Of a stretch of DNA of 64,000 bases, positions 1 through 9,628 are shown in pieces; within the stretch, counting starts at the first letter, position 1, and each line of letters begins with the position of its first letter. Under the pieces are notes generated by a model. That model made no database searches and was not told the DNA's origin. It saw only the letters and a program-made list of their open reading frames with translations. The stretch comes from Minisyncoccota bacterium (GTDB lineage: Bacteria; Patescibacteriota; Minisyncoccia; Phycocordibacterales; UBA9973). The stretch is from contig JBDSNU010000018.1 of the NCBI GenBank assembly GCA_039915165.1, forward strand, positions 166,617 through 230,616, read 5' to 3'. Position numbers and translations under genes: made by a program.

Positions 1-97
1 GGGAATATGTTACCACTTTGGTTTAAGCAACCATTTAGTTGCATATGTATCTTACATATGTTTTACTAGAGATACATTAGTAATAATAAAAATATTT

Positions 98-535
98 ATG
101 CAAGAAATCATTCAACGAGAAGTTACAATTAAGGCGACAAAAGAAAAAGTATATGACGCAATCACCAATCCTGAGAAAGTAGTATTGTGGTTTCCCGATA
201 CTATAGAAGGGGAATATGTCGTAGGTGAACAGCCTGTACTAGGTTTTGGTAAAGATGGCAGAACACAAATTTATGTTGTAGCAGCAAAACCGTATGATTA
301 TTTTTCATATCGTTGGGTGCCAGGCAGTGAACACTTTATCGGTGATGTTACCACTGTTGCTACAACACTAGTTGAATTTGCCATTGAGGAAAAAGACGGT
401 GTATGTAAGGTGACTCTTACTGAATCAGGATTTGCCGCACTGGCTCCTGAGCTTGCAGAAAAAGCATTTGGACAAAACTCAGGCGGATGGGATTTCATGC
501 TTGGTCGTCTAGGAAAATATTTTGGACAAGAATAA
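98..535 (+). CDS. SRPBCC / AHSA1 (Aha1-like) domain protein
   Basis: 145 aa; composition and length typical of AHSA1/SRPBCC small-ligand binding fold; immediately upstream of an ArsR regulator (common pairing). Confidence 0.55.
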   Translation: MQEIIQREVTIKATKEKVYDAITNPEKVVLWFPDTIEGEYVVGEQPVLGFGKDGRTQIYVVAAKPYDYFSYRWVPGSEHFIGDVTTVATTLVEFAIEEKDGVCKVTLTESGFAALAPELAEKAFGQNSGGWDFMLGRLGKYFGQE

Positions 536-537
536 AA

Positions 538-846
538 ATGGAAGCTCAGATTTTTAAAGCGCTTGGCGATCCATTGCGATTGAAAATCGTTAAGCGACTT
601 TCACATGGGTCAGACTATACAATAACTACTCTTACAAAAGATCTAGGCATTTCGAGGCAGGGCGCACGGAAACAATTACAAGTACTTGCTACAGCAAAAG
701 TTCTTCGACTCAAACCAGTAGGTCGTGAGGTGAATGTGATATTGAATCCAGCAGCATTGGAATCATGTCGTCGATTTATTATTTCACTAGAACAACAGTG
801 GGATACTCGCCTGAATGCATTGAAAGATGTTGTTGAGAGAGGGTAG
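538..846 (+). CDS. ArsR/SmtB-family transcriptional regulator
   Basis: ATG 3 nt after upstream stop; winged HTH signature 'LGDPLRLKIVKRL...TITTLTKDLGISRQGARKQLQVL'. Confidence 0.7.
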   Translation: MEAQIFKALGDPLRLKIVKRLSHGSDYTITTLTKDLGISRQGARKQLQVLATAKVLRLKPVGREVNVILNPAALESCRRFIISLEQQWDTRLNALKDVVERG

Positions 847-875
847 GGTGAGTGGTATATACTGTAGGAACTATT

Positions 876-1475
876 ATGCAAAAACCTACAGAAATAATCG
901 GATTTGATTTTGATGATGTATTGTTTGATTTCATGCCGACACTGAATCGTTGGCACAATCAGACGTATAATACCGCGCATACAATTGAAGAGTATATTAC
1001 TTTTGAATTGCATGAAGTCTGGGGATGTCTCCCGCATGAAGCAGTAGGGCGAGTATCAGCTTTTTACCAATCAGATGAATGCAATAATGCTTTGCCATTA
1101 CGCGATGCCAAAGAAGCGTTGACTATACTAAAAGAAAAATACAAGCTTGTTATTATTACTGCGCGCCCAGAGTCAATGGAAAAAGTCGTACAAGAATGGC
1201 TTGCTCAACATTGTGGAGGAATTTTTGATGAAGTGATATTTACCAATCATTATTTCGATACAGCATTGAAGCGAACTAAGTCTTCTGTATGTGTAGAGCT
1301 CGGAGTGAAGGTTTTTATTGACGATGCATTACACAATGCAGAAGACGTTGCGGCTGCCGGTATTCCCGTATTGCTTTTCGATACACCATGGAATAGAACA
1401 GACGTTTCTCCATTGATAACACGCGTTTCATCGTGGAGAGAAGTGTTAGAAAAAATACAGCGAGCGATTCACTAA
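876..1475 (+). CDS. HAD-superfamily 5'(3')-deoxyribonucleotidase-like hydrolase
   Basis: N-terminal HAD motif I 'GFDFDDVLFDF'; ATG at 876 preceded by AGGA; ORF frame extends to GTG at 852. Confidence 0.55.
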   Translation: MQKPTEIIGFDFDDVLFDFMPTLNRWHNQTYNTAHTIEEYITFELHEVWGCLPHEAVGRVSAFYQSDECNNALPLRDAKEALTILKEKYKLVIITARPESMEKVVQEWLAQHCGGIFDEVIFTNHYFDTALKRTKSSVCVELGVKVFIDDALHNAEDVAAAGIPVLLFDTPWNRTDVSPLITRVSSWREVLEKIQRAIH

Positions 1476-1505
1476 AGAATGAGCGATGATTATCGTAAGC
1501 ACCGA

Positions 1506-1964
1506 TTAATTGGTACTCACTTCTTTAAAAATCCCATCCTTTTGGGATAGTTCAAAATTTCCCAATCTTGCCCATGAAGTAGTAATTTTTATAAACATAA
1601 TCTCACTATCGCCTATTTTATCAATAGGGGGAACCGCGTCATTTTTTGTGGCATATTCAACAACAGTAGCAAAGAGTCTTGTTTGTTCAGTTGGATCAGA
1701 AATAGTACTTGCAACTCCTTCGATTTGAACTGTTTGATAGGTAGTTTCATCGTAGACAACAAATGCTACTGTAGGAGTCTGTACTAGGTTTTTGTACTTA
1801 CGACTATTTTTTCTAGTGGTGAAGAAAATATTGAGAGAGTCATCATGAGAAAAATACACCACAGCAGATTCTGGGTGCCCAGTAGTGTTGACAGTACTAA
1901 TTATTCCAAGATGAGTGTTGAAATTTTTAACAGCAGCAGTAAGAGCTTCAATTGAATTGTTCAT
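1506..1964 (-). CDS. pyridoxamine 5'-phosphate oxidase-like FMN-binding split-barrel protein (general stress protein 26-like)
   Basis: ~150 aa, PNPOx-family-like pattern; start chosen at internal ATG (MNNSIEAL). Confidence 0.45.
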   Translation of the reverse strand: MNNSIEALTAAVKNFNTHLGIISTVNTTGHPESAVVYFSHDDSLNIFFTTRKNSRKYKNLVQTPTVAFVVYDETTYQTVQIEGVASTISDPTEQTRLFATVVEYATKNDAVPPIDKIGDSEIMFIKITTSWARLGNFELSQKDGIFKEVSTN

Positions 1965-2080
1965 ATAACAAGTGTAGTTCTTTTTACACACAAACCCTAA
2001 TGTAGTTATTTCACATAACGGATATTTATTTAAAGCGTGATATAGTTATATTATTATAATAGTTCGCATATAAATATTTT

Positions 2081-2500
2081 ATGGTCTCAATACATTTTTT
2101 CGTAATTTTACTCGCTGCCCTTGCTGCATTTATTTTAGGATTTATGGCTCATGGTCCACTCTTGGGAAAGGTGTGGATGAAGTTGGCTGATATTCATCCA
2201 ACTGGCAATGAAAAACTTTCTGATATGGTTCCTCAAATGGCATGGAACTTTGTGGCAAATATTGTATGTGCAACAGGATTAGCTATTGTGTACCTTTTTG
2301 CTGCTCACTCAGGATTGCTGACTGGAAGTACTGCATTGAACGGTATTATTTGCGGCCTCATTGTTTGGCTCGGCTTCACTGTTAGTAGTAGTTCAATAGG
2401 TGTAATCTGGATGGGGCAGTCTGCCAAGCTTTGGTTATTTGAATCTGCTTGTTCAATGGTAGTGTTCGCTGTAATGGGTGTGATTATCGCGACTATATAG
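2081..2500 (+). CDS. DUF1761-like small membrane protein
   Basis: 139 aa, 4 predicted TM helices, 'HGPLLGKVWMKL' motif. Confidence 0.45.
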   Translation: MVSIHFFVILLAALAAFILGFMAHGPLLGKVWMKLADIHPTGNEKLSDMVPQMAWNFVANIVCATGLAIVYLFAAHSGLLTGSTALNGIICGLIVWLGFTVSSSSIGVIWMGQSAKLWLFESACSMVVFAVMGVIIATI

Positions 2501-2513
2501 CAGTCGACGTGAA

Positions 2514-2543
2514 AGAGCCTGGCATATGCCAGGCTCTTTTTTG
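2514..2543 (+). terminator. rho-independent terminator
   Basis: perfect hairpin agagcctggcatatgccaggctct followed by TTTTTT. Confidence 0.75.
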
Positions 2544-2693
2544 TATATAAGCACAAAACCGCCTACCCCTTGAAATATTGACGAATATGTACTATGGTGT
2601 TGATAACAGCCCAATTTCTGTAATGGCAGAATCTCTAAAATGTAAGATTTGGGTGGGTAAATCGTAATAATAAGTAGGTTAATCAAAGAATAT

Positions 2694-3905
2694 ATGAAGA
2701 ATTTTAGTTTTAAATCAATTTTGGCCCCAGTGCTAGCTATCGTTATGGCGGTGGTTTTTGCGACCCAAGTGTCTGCAATGACCCCAACTTTAACCCTAGT
2801 TTCAAATGGCAACGGGACAATTCAAACAACAGTCTATGCTGATGCTAATGCAAGTGTGATCTTGGATTATTATTCAGGCGGACAATTAATGGGAGCTGGC
2901 GTAGTAGGTACTACTAACTATAGTGGATACTTCAACGGCACTATTAATACTTATCAGTACAACATCCCAAGTGGTGCCCCTGTATTGGTAGTAGTTAATG
3001 GACAGCAGTCTGCTACTACAACATGGCCAACAACCGGCTATAACAATGGCGGATATAATTACAACAATAATACCGTTACTCCATTGCTTAGTCAGAGTAG
3101 TCTCAATATGACAGTAGGGCAGAATGGCAGTGTGACTATCAGTGGTAATGGCTACAGTAATAATGGTCAGTACTACATCGCCAACAGTTCAAACAATGTT
3201 GCGAATGCAACTATCAGCGGTAATACAGTAAGTGTGTATGCGGTGAATACTGGTACAACAACAATCAGTATTTGTTCAAACAGTTTAGTAAATACAATTA
3301 GTTATGGCCTTGGTAATTACACAGGCTCATGTGCTTCATTGTATGTAACTGTTACAGGTAGTTATTACAACCCACCAGTTGTATATACTCCTCCTGTATA
3401 TAACTACCCAACGTATCCTACCTACCCTACATATCCAACTTACCCGACATATCCATATAACAACAATAATAATTACAATAACTATAATTCTAATTACAAC
3501 TACTCTTCACCAATCAGTGTAAGTAATAGTACTGTACAAGTTACAGTTGGAAATACAGGTACAGTAAATTTGTTCGGAGGTGATACTAACAATTACAACA
3601 ACAATGTATATCCATACAATAGTGGGTATAACACTGGCTACAATACAAGTAGTTATTATGTAACTACTAACAACAACTCAGTTGCTACTGCCACAGTAAA
3701 CGGCAATATACTAACTATCTACGGTACAAATGCTGGTAACACTACTGTTACAGTGTGTGGAACAAATGGCAGTCAGTGTGCAACAGTAAACATTACTGTG
3801 ATCGCACCAACTTACTATGTGAACAATGGCGGATATAACAATTACCAAAATCAAAATGGTAACTGGTACTACTCTGAATCCAAGCATTGTTGGATGCACC
3901 GATAA
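2694..3905 (+). CDS. secreted N/T/Y-rich cell-surface protein with Big-like repeats and a (PTY)5 tandem repeat
   Basis: signal peptide MKNFSFKSILAPVLAIVMAVVFA; three repeated beta-rich segments ending '...TVTVCGTNGSQCATVNITV'; PTYPTYPTYPTYPTYP. Confidence 0.5.
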   Translation: MKNFSFKSILAPVLAIVMAVVFATQVSAMTPTLTLVSNGNGTIQTTVYADANASVILDYYSGGQLMGAGVVGTTNYSGYFNGTINTYQYNIPSGAPVLVVVNGQQSATTTWPTTGYNNGGYNYNNNTVTPLLSQSSLNMTVGQNGSVTISGNGYSNNGQYYIANSSNNVANATISGNTVSVYAVNTGTTTISICSNSLVNTISYGLGNYTGSCASLYVTVTGSYYNPPVVYTPPVYNYPTYPTYPTYPTYPTYPYNNNNNYNNYNSNYNYSSPISVSNSTVQVTVGNTGTVNLFGGDTNNYNNNVYPYNSGYNTGYNTSSYYVTTNNNSVATATVNGNILTIYGTNAGNTTVTVCGTNGSQCATVNITVIAPTYYVNNGGYNNYQNQNGNWYYSESKHCWMHR

Positions 3906-3953
3906 TCCTACTTCGCCTAAAGGCTACGCGGGACACGTTTACAAAAAGAAAAA

Positions 3954-3992
3954 ACCACCCTTCGACTACGCTCAGGGTGGTTTTTTCTTTTT
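3954..3992. terminator. bidirectional terminator between convergent genes
   Basis: hairpin accaccc-N14-gggtggt with A-tract on the left and T-tract on the right. Confidence 0.65.
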
Positions 3993-3994
3993 AA

Positions 3995-4441
3995 CTAGTA
4001 CGTATGTTGTTGTTCGTTAGTAATAATATATTTTGCTAATGAGTATCGTCCTGGCCCTAGGATCAGAATAGGGATAAGAGCAGCGATCAATGCAAGGTTC
4101 AATTCATAGCCAGTAGCAGTTTGAGTACTGATGAGTGGCATGCCGAAATGCACTATTACTAAAATTGAAACAAACATCGTAATGATCAATAGTAATGAAA
4201 CAATACGAGTTGCAACACCGAGAATGAGGGCTAGCCCACCAAATGTTTCAACAAGTGTTACGATCCATGCAAAGAGCAGTGCTGCCGGAATGTTTGCTTG
4301 AGTGAAAAAGTCAGCAGTCATATTAATACCCATGTTAAACTTCATGATACCGTGTAAGAAGAAAATTACACCGACAATAAGTCGCATGAATAATAATCCC
4401 ATGTTAATTCTTGATGCGAAGAACGATTCTATTTTTGTCAT
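3995..4441 (-). CDS. DoxX-family membrane protein
   Basis: 4 TM helices; 'GLLFMRLIVGVIFFLHGIMK' DoxX-like N-terminus; start at internal ATG (MTKIESFF). Confidence 0.55.
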   Translation of the reverse strand: MTKIESFFASRINMGLLFMRLIVGVIFFLHGIMKFNMGINMTADFFTQANIPAALLFAWIVTLVETFGGLALILGVATRIVSLLLIITMFVSILVIVHFGMPLISTQTATGYELNLALIAALIPILILGPGRYSLAKYIITNEQQHTY

Positions 4442-4521
4442 AATCAAAGTATACACTGATTGACTTTTAGTACAATAGTGGTAATGTGTGAATAAACACA
4501 TTAATTTAAAAACTTTACAAC

Positions 4522-4935
4522 ATGGAAAAACTCTTTAGCCCGCGTGCAAAGCTCATTGTAGCTGTTGCAACATTTGTTTTACTCGCTATTGTTTATCACC
4601 TAAATATTGTTGATTGGGTTACCACCGGCGTATTGGTTACTGTGATATTACTGATATGTAATTTCGCCGCAGATAAGGCTGTTGAGTTTTATGCGGAGAC
4701 TAAGTGGATAGGGTTCATATTGTTCGCAGTTTCGTTCGCAGGTGCATACGGCATAATAATTTTTTATACCGTTGCAATATACTTTAAGCGTGAAGGATAT
4801 CAAACAGATGAAATAGAGCAGTACCTACATTTTTTCTGCTATTTTCTGTTTTTAAATGTTACTTTTATTGTTATATGTTCTGCCTGGAACAAATTTGCAA
4901 CAAGTCGATTAAATAAATCGCTTGATTATCGCTAA
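4522..4935 (+). CDS. hypothetical polytopic membrane protein
   Basis: 137 aa, 4 hydrophobic segments; followed by hairpin+T-tract at 4947-4980. Confidence 0.4.
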   Translation: MEKLFSPRAKLIVAVATFVLLAIVYHLNIVDWVTTGVLVTVILLICNFAADKAVEFYAETKWIGFILFAVSFAGAYGIIIFYTVAIYFKREGYQTDEIEQYLHFFCYFLFLNVTFIVICSAWNKFATSRLNKSLDYR

Positions 4936-4979
4936 CTATGGTTCCAAAAATCCTCGAGTATAACTCGGGGATTTTTATT

Positions 4980-5066
4980 TGCGGAGACGGCGAGATTCGA
5001 ACTCGCGGGGCTTTGACACCCACTTCCTTAGCAAGGAAGCACAATAGACCACTCTGACACGTCTCC
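4980..5066 (-). tRNA. tRNA-Ser (anticodon GCT), long variable arm
   Basis: reverse strand GGAGACG...CGTCTCC acceptor, anticodon stem CTTCC/GGAAG with loop TTGCTAA, T-arm GCGAG-TTCGAAT-CTCGC, ~16-nt variable arm. Confidence 0.75.
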
Positions 5067-5140
5067 AATGTTTATATATACAGCAGTATGCTGTGCCGTT
5101 ACTTTAGCACAAAATATTCAGAGGTTAAACTGGTAAAATA

Positions 5141-5173
5141 AAAAACTCCCCGGCCTTGTTCGGGGAGTTTTTT
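5141..5173 (-). terminator. rho-independent terminator (minus-strand gene 5188-5532)
   Basis: hairpin aactccccggccttgttcggggagtt flanked by A-tract (T-tract on minus) and T-tract. Confidence 0.7.
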
Positions 5174-5187
5174 AATGTAATTGAGAA

Positions 5188-5532
5188 CTATGGACGAGCA
5201 GGAGTAGTTGGTGCTGGTGTTGGAGCAACAGGCATAGCAGGTACTACAACAGTAGTAGTTGTACCTGAATATCCAGTCTGGTCATCCATCATCATTGTCT
5301 GGCCCCAGCCTGAACGCATGCGGTCACCGTGCCCTTCCATCATTCCTGACATCTGACCATATTGACCATGTACTAATACATTTAATTCTCCTAGGTGATA
5401 TCCAGCTGAGAAAATAAATAGTCCGATTACGATTGCAATAATAAGACGTGCCCATCGGTATTTCTTTCCAGTTTCATTGCCGCACCAGTCACACATCTTG
5501 TGGTCATGGTCGTGATTCATTTCTTTTTCCAT
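5188..5532 (-). CDS. His/Met-rich single-TM membrane protein, possible metal-binding
   Basis: N-term 'NHDHDHKMCDWCGNETG', one TM, then 'MSGMMEGHGDRMRSGWGQTMMMDD' and a Thr/Pro-rich tail. Confidence 0.4.
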   Translation of the reverse strand: MEKEMNHDHDHKMCDWCGNETGKKYRWARLIIAIVIGLFIFSAGYHLGELNVLVHGQYGQMSGMMEGHGDRMRSGWGQTMMMDDQTGYSGTTTTVVVPAMPVAPTPAPTTPARP

Positions 5533-5592
5533 AAAGTTATTTATATTTAAAGTGAGTAATGCTATAAGTATATCATGCATCATGTAGCAATA

Positions 5593-6015
5593 ATGAAACC
5601 AGTCTTGAATATGATCCCTAAAATTCTTTCAGGTCAGAAGACGATTGAGTCTCGTTGGTATCAAACAAAACGCGCACCATGGGACCAGATCAAAAAAGGG
5701 GACACAGTATTTTTTAAAGATAGTGGCAAAAAAGTAACAATACGCGGACAGGCCTCGACGGTTTTACAGTTTGAAATAAAAGACCATGAGCAGGCTCAAG
5801 CTATATTAGATAAGTACGGAAAGCAAATTGGTTTTACTGAAGATCAATTAAACATAAAGAAATGGGGTCAGACCCCAAAATATTGCATACTAATTTTCTT
5901 AGAAAAAGTTCAAAAGATTGAGGAGCCGTTTATGATAAATAAAAAAGGGTTCGGTGCACCGGCCGCATGGTTAGTCGTGAAGGATATAGAAGATATCAAA
6001 GTCAATTCTTTCTAA
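5593..6015 (+). CDS. ASCH-domain (PUA-like) protein
   Basis: 'ILSGQKTIESR' ASCH N-terminal signature; ~140 aa. Confidence 0.5.
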   Translation: MKPVLNMIPKILSGQKTIESRWYQTKRAPWDQIKKGDTVFFKDSGKKVTIRGQASTVLQFEIKDHEQAQAILDKYGKQIGFTEDQLNIKKWGQTPKYCILIFLEKVQKIEEPFMINKKGFGAPAAWLVVKDIEDIKVNSF

Positions 6016-6082
6016 AGAAAAAGGGGTATTTATCCTCTTTTTATGCAAAATACGGCGGGCTAAGGTGTGCTACACTTTAGCT

Positions 6083-6832
6083 ATGACTACCTCATACAAG
6101 ATTGTTGCGAGCGATTTTATGATTGACGACATCCTGCCGCAGGAGATAAGTAGCAAGCGCTACTCGTTCACCATAAAGGATATGCCTTCTGAGGACACCC
6201 CTCGTGAGAAGCTTATTAATTATGGTCCGGAGTCCCTTTCTGTACAGGAACTAATGGCTGTGTTACTCAATACCGGTACTAAAAAGGAGGATGTGTTGGC
6301 AATGTCTGCACGCATTATCAAAGACTATGGACCGAGAGCACTGGCTGGTCAGAGAAAAGCTCAAAAGCTCGCAACAGATTTAGATATCCCATTAATAAAA
6401 GCAACTCAAATTATTGCCTGTACAGAGCTGGGCCGCAGGTTTTTTGAAAAAAGTACAGATGGTCCACAAACTATTCGTACAGCAAAAGATGTCTATGAAT
6501 ATCTGTATGACATGCGCGCACTCCCTAAAGAACATTTACGGGGTATTTATCTCAATACTCATCATCGCATTATTCATGATGAAGTAATCTCCATCGGTAC
6601 AATCAACGGCAATCTTATTCACCCGCGCGAAGTATTCAAGCCAGCAATTGAACATGGTGCTGCCGCAATAATTTTGGCGCACAACCATCCTTCAGGCGTA
6701 GTTACACCAAGTCAGGCTGACATCGATATTACTAACCACATTATTTCAGTAGGGAAGATCATCGGCATTCCTTTAGTGGATCATGTGGTGATCGGACGAG
6801 ATTCTTTTATTAGTATAGAAGCAGAGTATTAA
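6083..6832 (+). CDS. radC: RadC-family JAB/MPN domain protein
   Basis: JAMM motif 'ILAHNHPSGVVTPSQADIDIT'; N-terminal 'PREKL' RadC-type HhH region. Confidence 0.8.
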   Translation: MTTSYKIVASDFMIDDILPQEISSKRYSFTIKDMPSEDTPREKLINYGPESLSVQELMAVLLNTGTKKEDVLAMSARIIKDYGPRALAGQRKAQKLATDLDIPLIKATQIIACTELGRRFFEKSTDGPQTIRTAKDVYEYLYDMRALPKEHLRGIYLNTHHRIIHDEVISIGTINGNLIHPREVFKPAIEHGAAAIILAHNHPSGVVTPSQADIDITNHIISVGKIIGIPLVDHVVIGRDSFISIEAEY

Positions 6833-6835
6833 TAT

Positions 6836-7111
6836 ATGGCAATTAACAAAAAATATCGTACTCCAGTTGTTCCAGGGTATTTCACTAACCTTTCATCAAT
6901 AGAAAATTTAGCTGTATTACAAGATGGCCCAGTTGATAGTGAGCAAGCAGAATTAGTACTGTACTTCAATGATCTCTATCAGGTTTTTATTCATCGCTTC
7001 TCACATTTTGCATTTGCTGACACTATCTCTAAAGAAGAGGAAGCACAGCTCATGGCAATGTTGACTGAACTAATAAAAGTAAAGCACTCAATTCGTCAGG
7101 AACCAGCATAA
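6836..7111 (+). CDS. hypothetical protein
   Basis: 91-aa ORF tightly coupled to radC; no recognisable motif. Confidence 0.3.
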   Translation: MAINKKYRTPVVPGYFTNLSSIENLAVLQDGPVDSEQAELVLYFNDLYQVFIHRFSHFAFADTISKEEEAQLMAMLTELIKVKHSIRQEPA

Positions 7112-7755
7112 CCGTGTGCCAATGCAATTGCACATATATGTTTTACCCCAGCCGCGCGTAATGCGCGGCTGGCTTCGTTTGTTGTACTACCTGTAGTGAT
7201 TACATCATCGATTATTATATACAGTGCATCGGCATATACTGGTTGCAAAGAATGTTTTACCGACATGCTATTTTTCATATTATCTTGTCGCTGCTTTTTG
7301 TTCACAGTATGGGCCTGTGACAATGTTGTTTTTGTTTTTCGTAAAAGCGGAGAGACTATAGACCCTGGAATAATTTTTTGTACCCATCGTGCCAACTCTG
7401 TGCTTTGATTGAATCCTCTTTGAAAGGTTTTGGTGAAGTGTTGAGGAATAGGCACCAGGATCACTTTTGTTTGAGTTGTTGTTTGCAGTAGCTCATGGAG
7501 GAAAGTCATTATGTCTTCTCCATGATATTGAATCATCGACTTGGCTACACTGCTACGACGATAGTATTTAAGGTGCCATATTGCTTGACGCACAGTCGGA
7601 TTTGTATAGTTATATAATGCGTACGAAATAACCTCTCCCATAATGGGTTGTGCTGAGGGAAGGGTATCGCAGCATGTTCTACAAAGCGCAGATCCAGGTG
7701 TATTACATACAGTACATCGTTCGGGGAATAACAATTGCAGTAAGGTGTCAATCAT
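7096..7755 (-). CDS. comFC: ComF-family competence protein (ComFC), phosphoribosyltransferase domain
   Basis: N-terminal CxxC...CxxC zinc finger; C-terminal PRTase motif 'YIIIDDVITTGST'; divergent from pilM. Confidence 0.8.
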   Translation of the reverse strand: MIDTLLQLLFPERCTVCNTPGSALCRTCCDTLPSAQPIMGEVISYALYNYTNPTVRQAIWHLKYYRRSSVAKSMIQYHGEDIMTFLHELLQTTTQTKVILVPIPQHFTKTFQRGFNQSTELARWVQKIIPGSIVSPLLRKTKTTLSQAHTVNKKQRQDNMKNSMSVKHSLQPVYADALYIIIDDVITTGSTTNEASRALRAAGVKHICAIALAHGYAGS

Positions 7756-7791
7756 AGGAATTCTGAATTTATGCGTTATACTATCAAATAT

Positions 7792-8919
7792 ATGGACAGT
7801 ATACTCGCTAGCATAAAAAGTGTCTTCTCTGGATTTGGAGGTACAAAAGATAACCGCGTAGTTGGTATCGATATCGGCACCTCATCAATCAAAGTTGTTG
7901 AGCTCAAAAAAGAAGGTGGCCGTGTGGTGCTTGATACCTATGGTGCATTGGCGCTAGGTCAATACAATGAAGGTGGTCATATTGGGCAAGTAACCAACCT
8001 CAGTCCAGAAATTCTAACAAAAGCATTGATCGATGTACTCAAAGAAACAAAAATTACTAGTACAAATGTTGTTCTGGGTATTCCTTCTGTTTCTTGTATT
8101 ATTTTTATACTACAGCTGCCTAGTGAAATTGAAGAAAAAGATCTCGGTACTGTTATCCCTGGTGAATCAAAAAAGTTTATCCCCGTACCATTGGCAGATG
8201 TTTCTCTCGACTGGTATGTACTCCCACGACGTGAAGATTCTGGGACTGAATTGCGGGCTCTTGCTGAAACAGGCAATGCGGCAACAATGTCAGTGCTTGT
8301 AGTAGCGACACTTAATGACACATTAACAAAATATGTTGATGTTGCTCAAAAAGCAGGATTGCCAGTAGATAGTTTAGAGATTGAAGTGTTCAGTCATATT
8401 CGCTCTGTTATGACTCGCGAATTGTACCCGGTAATGATTGTTGATATTGGGGCTTCAAAAACAAAGCTTACTATTGTTGAACACGGTATCGTTGAAACAT
8501 TTCGTTTGGTAAACAAAGGCTCACAAGATATGACATTGGCTATCAGTCGCAGTTTAGAGCTGTCCTTTGAACAGGCAGAAAATCTTAAAAAAGAGCATGG
8601 ACTGATATCTCCTCCAGAATATCCTCGACTTGCAGAGCCAATCAAAATACAGCTCGCAGATATTTTTCAAGAAACAAATGCTGCCATTCTTGGATATGAA
8701 AAGCGTTATAACAAAAATATTGGCAAAATCATTTTCACCGGCGGCGGGGCAATGACTCACGGTTTACTTGATTATGCTAAACAAAGCTTTGCGTCTGAGC
8801 TAGCGATTGCAGATCCTTTCGTAAAAGTAGAAGCACCAGTGTTTCTTGCAGGTGTATTGAAAAAAACTGGACCAGAATTTTCTATTGCAATCGGTTTGGC
8901 GTTAAGAAAAATTCAGTAA
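7792..8919 (+). CDS. pilM: type IV pilus assembly protein PilM (actin-like ATPase fold)
   Basis: 'VVGIDIGTSSIKVVEL' PilM/FtsA-like start; first gene of pil operon. Confidence 0.8.
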   Translation: MDSILASIKSVFSGFGGTKDNRVVGIDIGTSSIKVVELKKEGGRVVLDTYGALALGQYNEGGHIGQVTNLSPEILTKALIDVLKETKITSTNVVLGIPSVSCIIFILQLPSEIEEKDLGTVIPGESKKFIPVPLADVSLDWYVLPRREDSGTELRALAETGNAATMSVLVVATLNDTLTKYVDVAQKAGLPVDSLEIEVFSHIRSVMTRELYPVMIVDIGASKTKLTIVEHGIVETFRLVNKGSQDMTLAISRSLELSFEQAENLKKEHGLISPPEYPRLAEPIKIQLADIFQETNAAILGYEKRYNKNIGKIIFTGGGAMTHGLLDYAKQSFASELAIADPFVKVEAPVFLAGVLKKTGPEFSIAIGLALRKIQ

Positions 8920-8958
8920 TCCACCTGATTGTGATAAAAATTTGCACAATATATATGT

Positions 8959-9627
8959 GTGCATGCTATACTTTCAGTACTAATGGAACCTATCGTATCA
9001 ACTTCGTTCATTCCTAAGCGTCCAGTTTCATCGGAGCCTATTTCTCAGTCGCGTACTACTGGCGGATCTGTTGGTGTATTGTCACTGCTTACTTTCGTAA
9101 TTATTTTAGCAACAGGCCTTTCATTTGCTGGTGTCTATTTGTATAAACAAGCACTCGAAAAACAAAAAGCAGATTTGCAAGTTAAAATCACCCAAGCACA
9201 AGAGGGGCTTGGTACCAGTTTTGTTACCGATATGAAGCAGCTCAGTCAGCGTATCAATGGTGTGAAGACGCTTATCGCAAACCATGTTGTAGTGTCGCCA
9301 ATTTTTGCAGCATTACAGGCAACTACTTTGCAAACTGTTCAATATCAGAACTTTACCTATGATTTCACGACTGATCCTGGTACAAATGCCAAGATGGTAC
9401 AGGTGACTATTACTGGTGTTGCAAAAAACTACGCAACACTTGCATTGCAATCTGATGCGTATGCAAAGAGTAATCTCATCAACAATCCAATATTCTCCAA
9501 TCTAACTGTTGATGACAAGACACAGCAGGTAGGATTTAAGCTACTATTTACTGTTGACCCAAATAATTTGTCATATCAAACATTTATTCAAACCATGGGT
9601 AATGCACCAATAACAACTACACAATAA
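8959..9627 (+). CDS. PilN-like pilus assembly protein (single TM, coiled coil)
   Basis: TM 'VGVLSLLTFVIILATGLSFAGVYLY' then coiled coil; position after pilM. Confidence 0.5.
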   Translation: MHAILSVLMEPIVSTSFIPKRPVSSEPISQSRTTGGSVGVLSLLTFVIILATGLSFAGVYLYKQALEKQKADLQVKITQAQEGLGTSFVTDMKQLSQRINGVKTLIANHVVVSPIFAALQATTLQTVQYQNFTYDFTTDPGTNAKMVQVTITGVAKNYATLALQSDAYAKSNLINNPIFSNLTVDDKTQQVGFKLLFTVDPNNLSYQTFIQTMGNAPITTTQ

Positions 9628-9628
9628 T

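Noticed and set aside
298-1037. Minus-strand ORFs 298-498 and 615-1037 antisense to the SRPBCC/ArsR genes
   Set aside because: They lie fully inside better-supported plus-strand genes with recognisable motifs. Typical shadow ORFs.
3360-3620. Repetitive DNA considered as a possible CRISPR or tandem non-coding repeat
   Set aside because: It is in-frame low-complexity coding sequence (PTY/N/Y repeats) within a long secreted-protein ORF. There are no spacer-repeat periodicities anywhere in the window.
5156-5356. Plus-strand 66-aa ORF overlapping the His/Met-rich minus-strand gene
   Set aside because: Low-complexity G/A/T translation of the antisense strand. The minus-strand gene has a terminator and a coherent TM topology.
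7977-8760. Several 60-115-aa ORFs on both strands inside pilM
   Set aside because: They overlap the PilM coding frame. No motifs and no independent signals.
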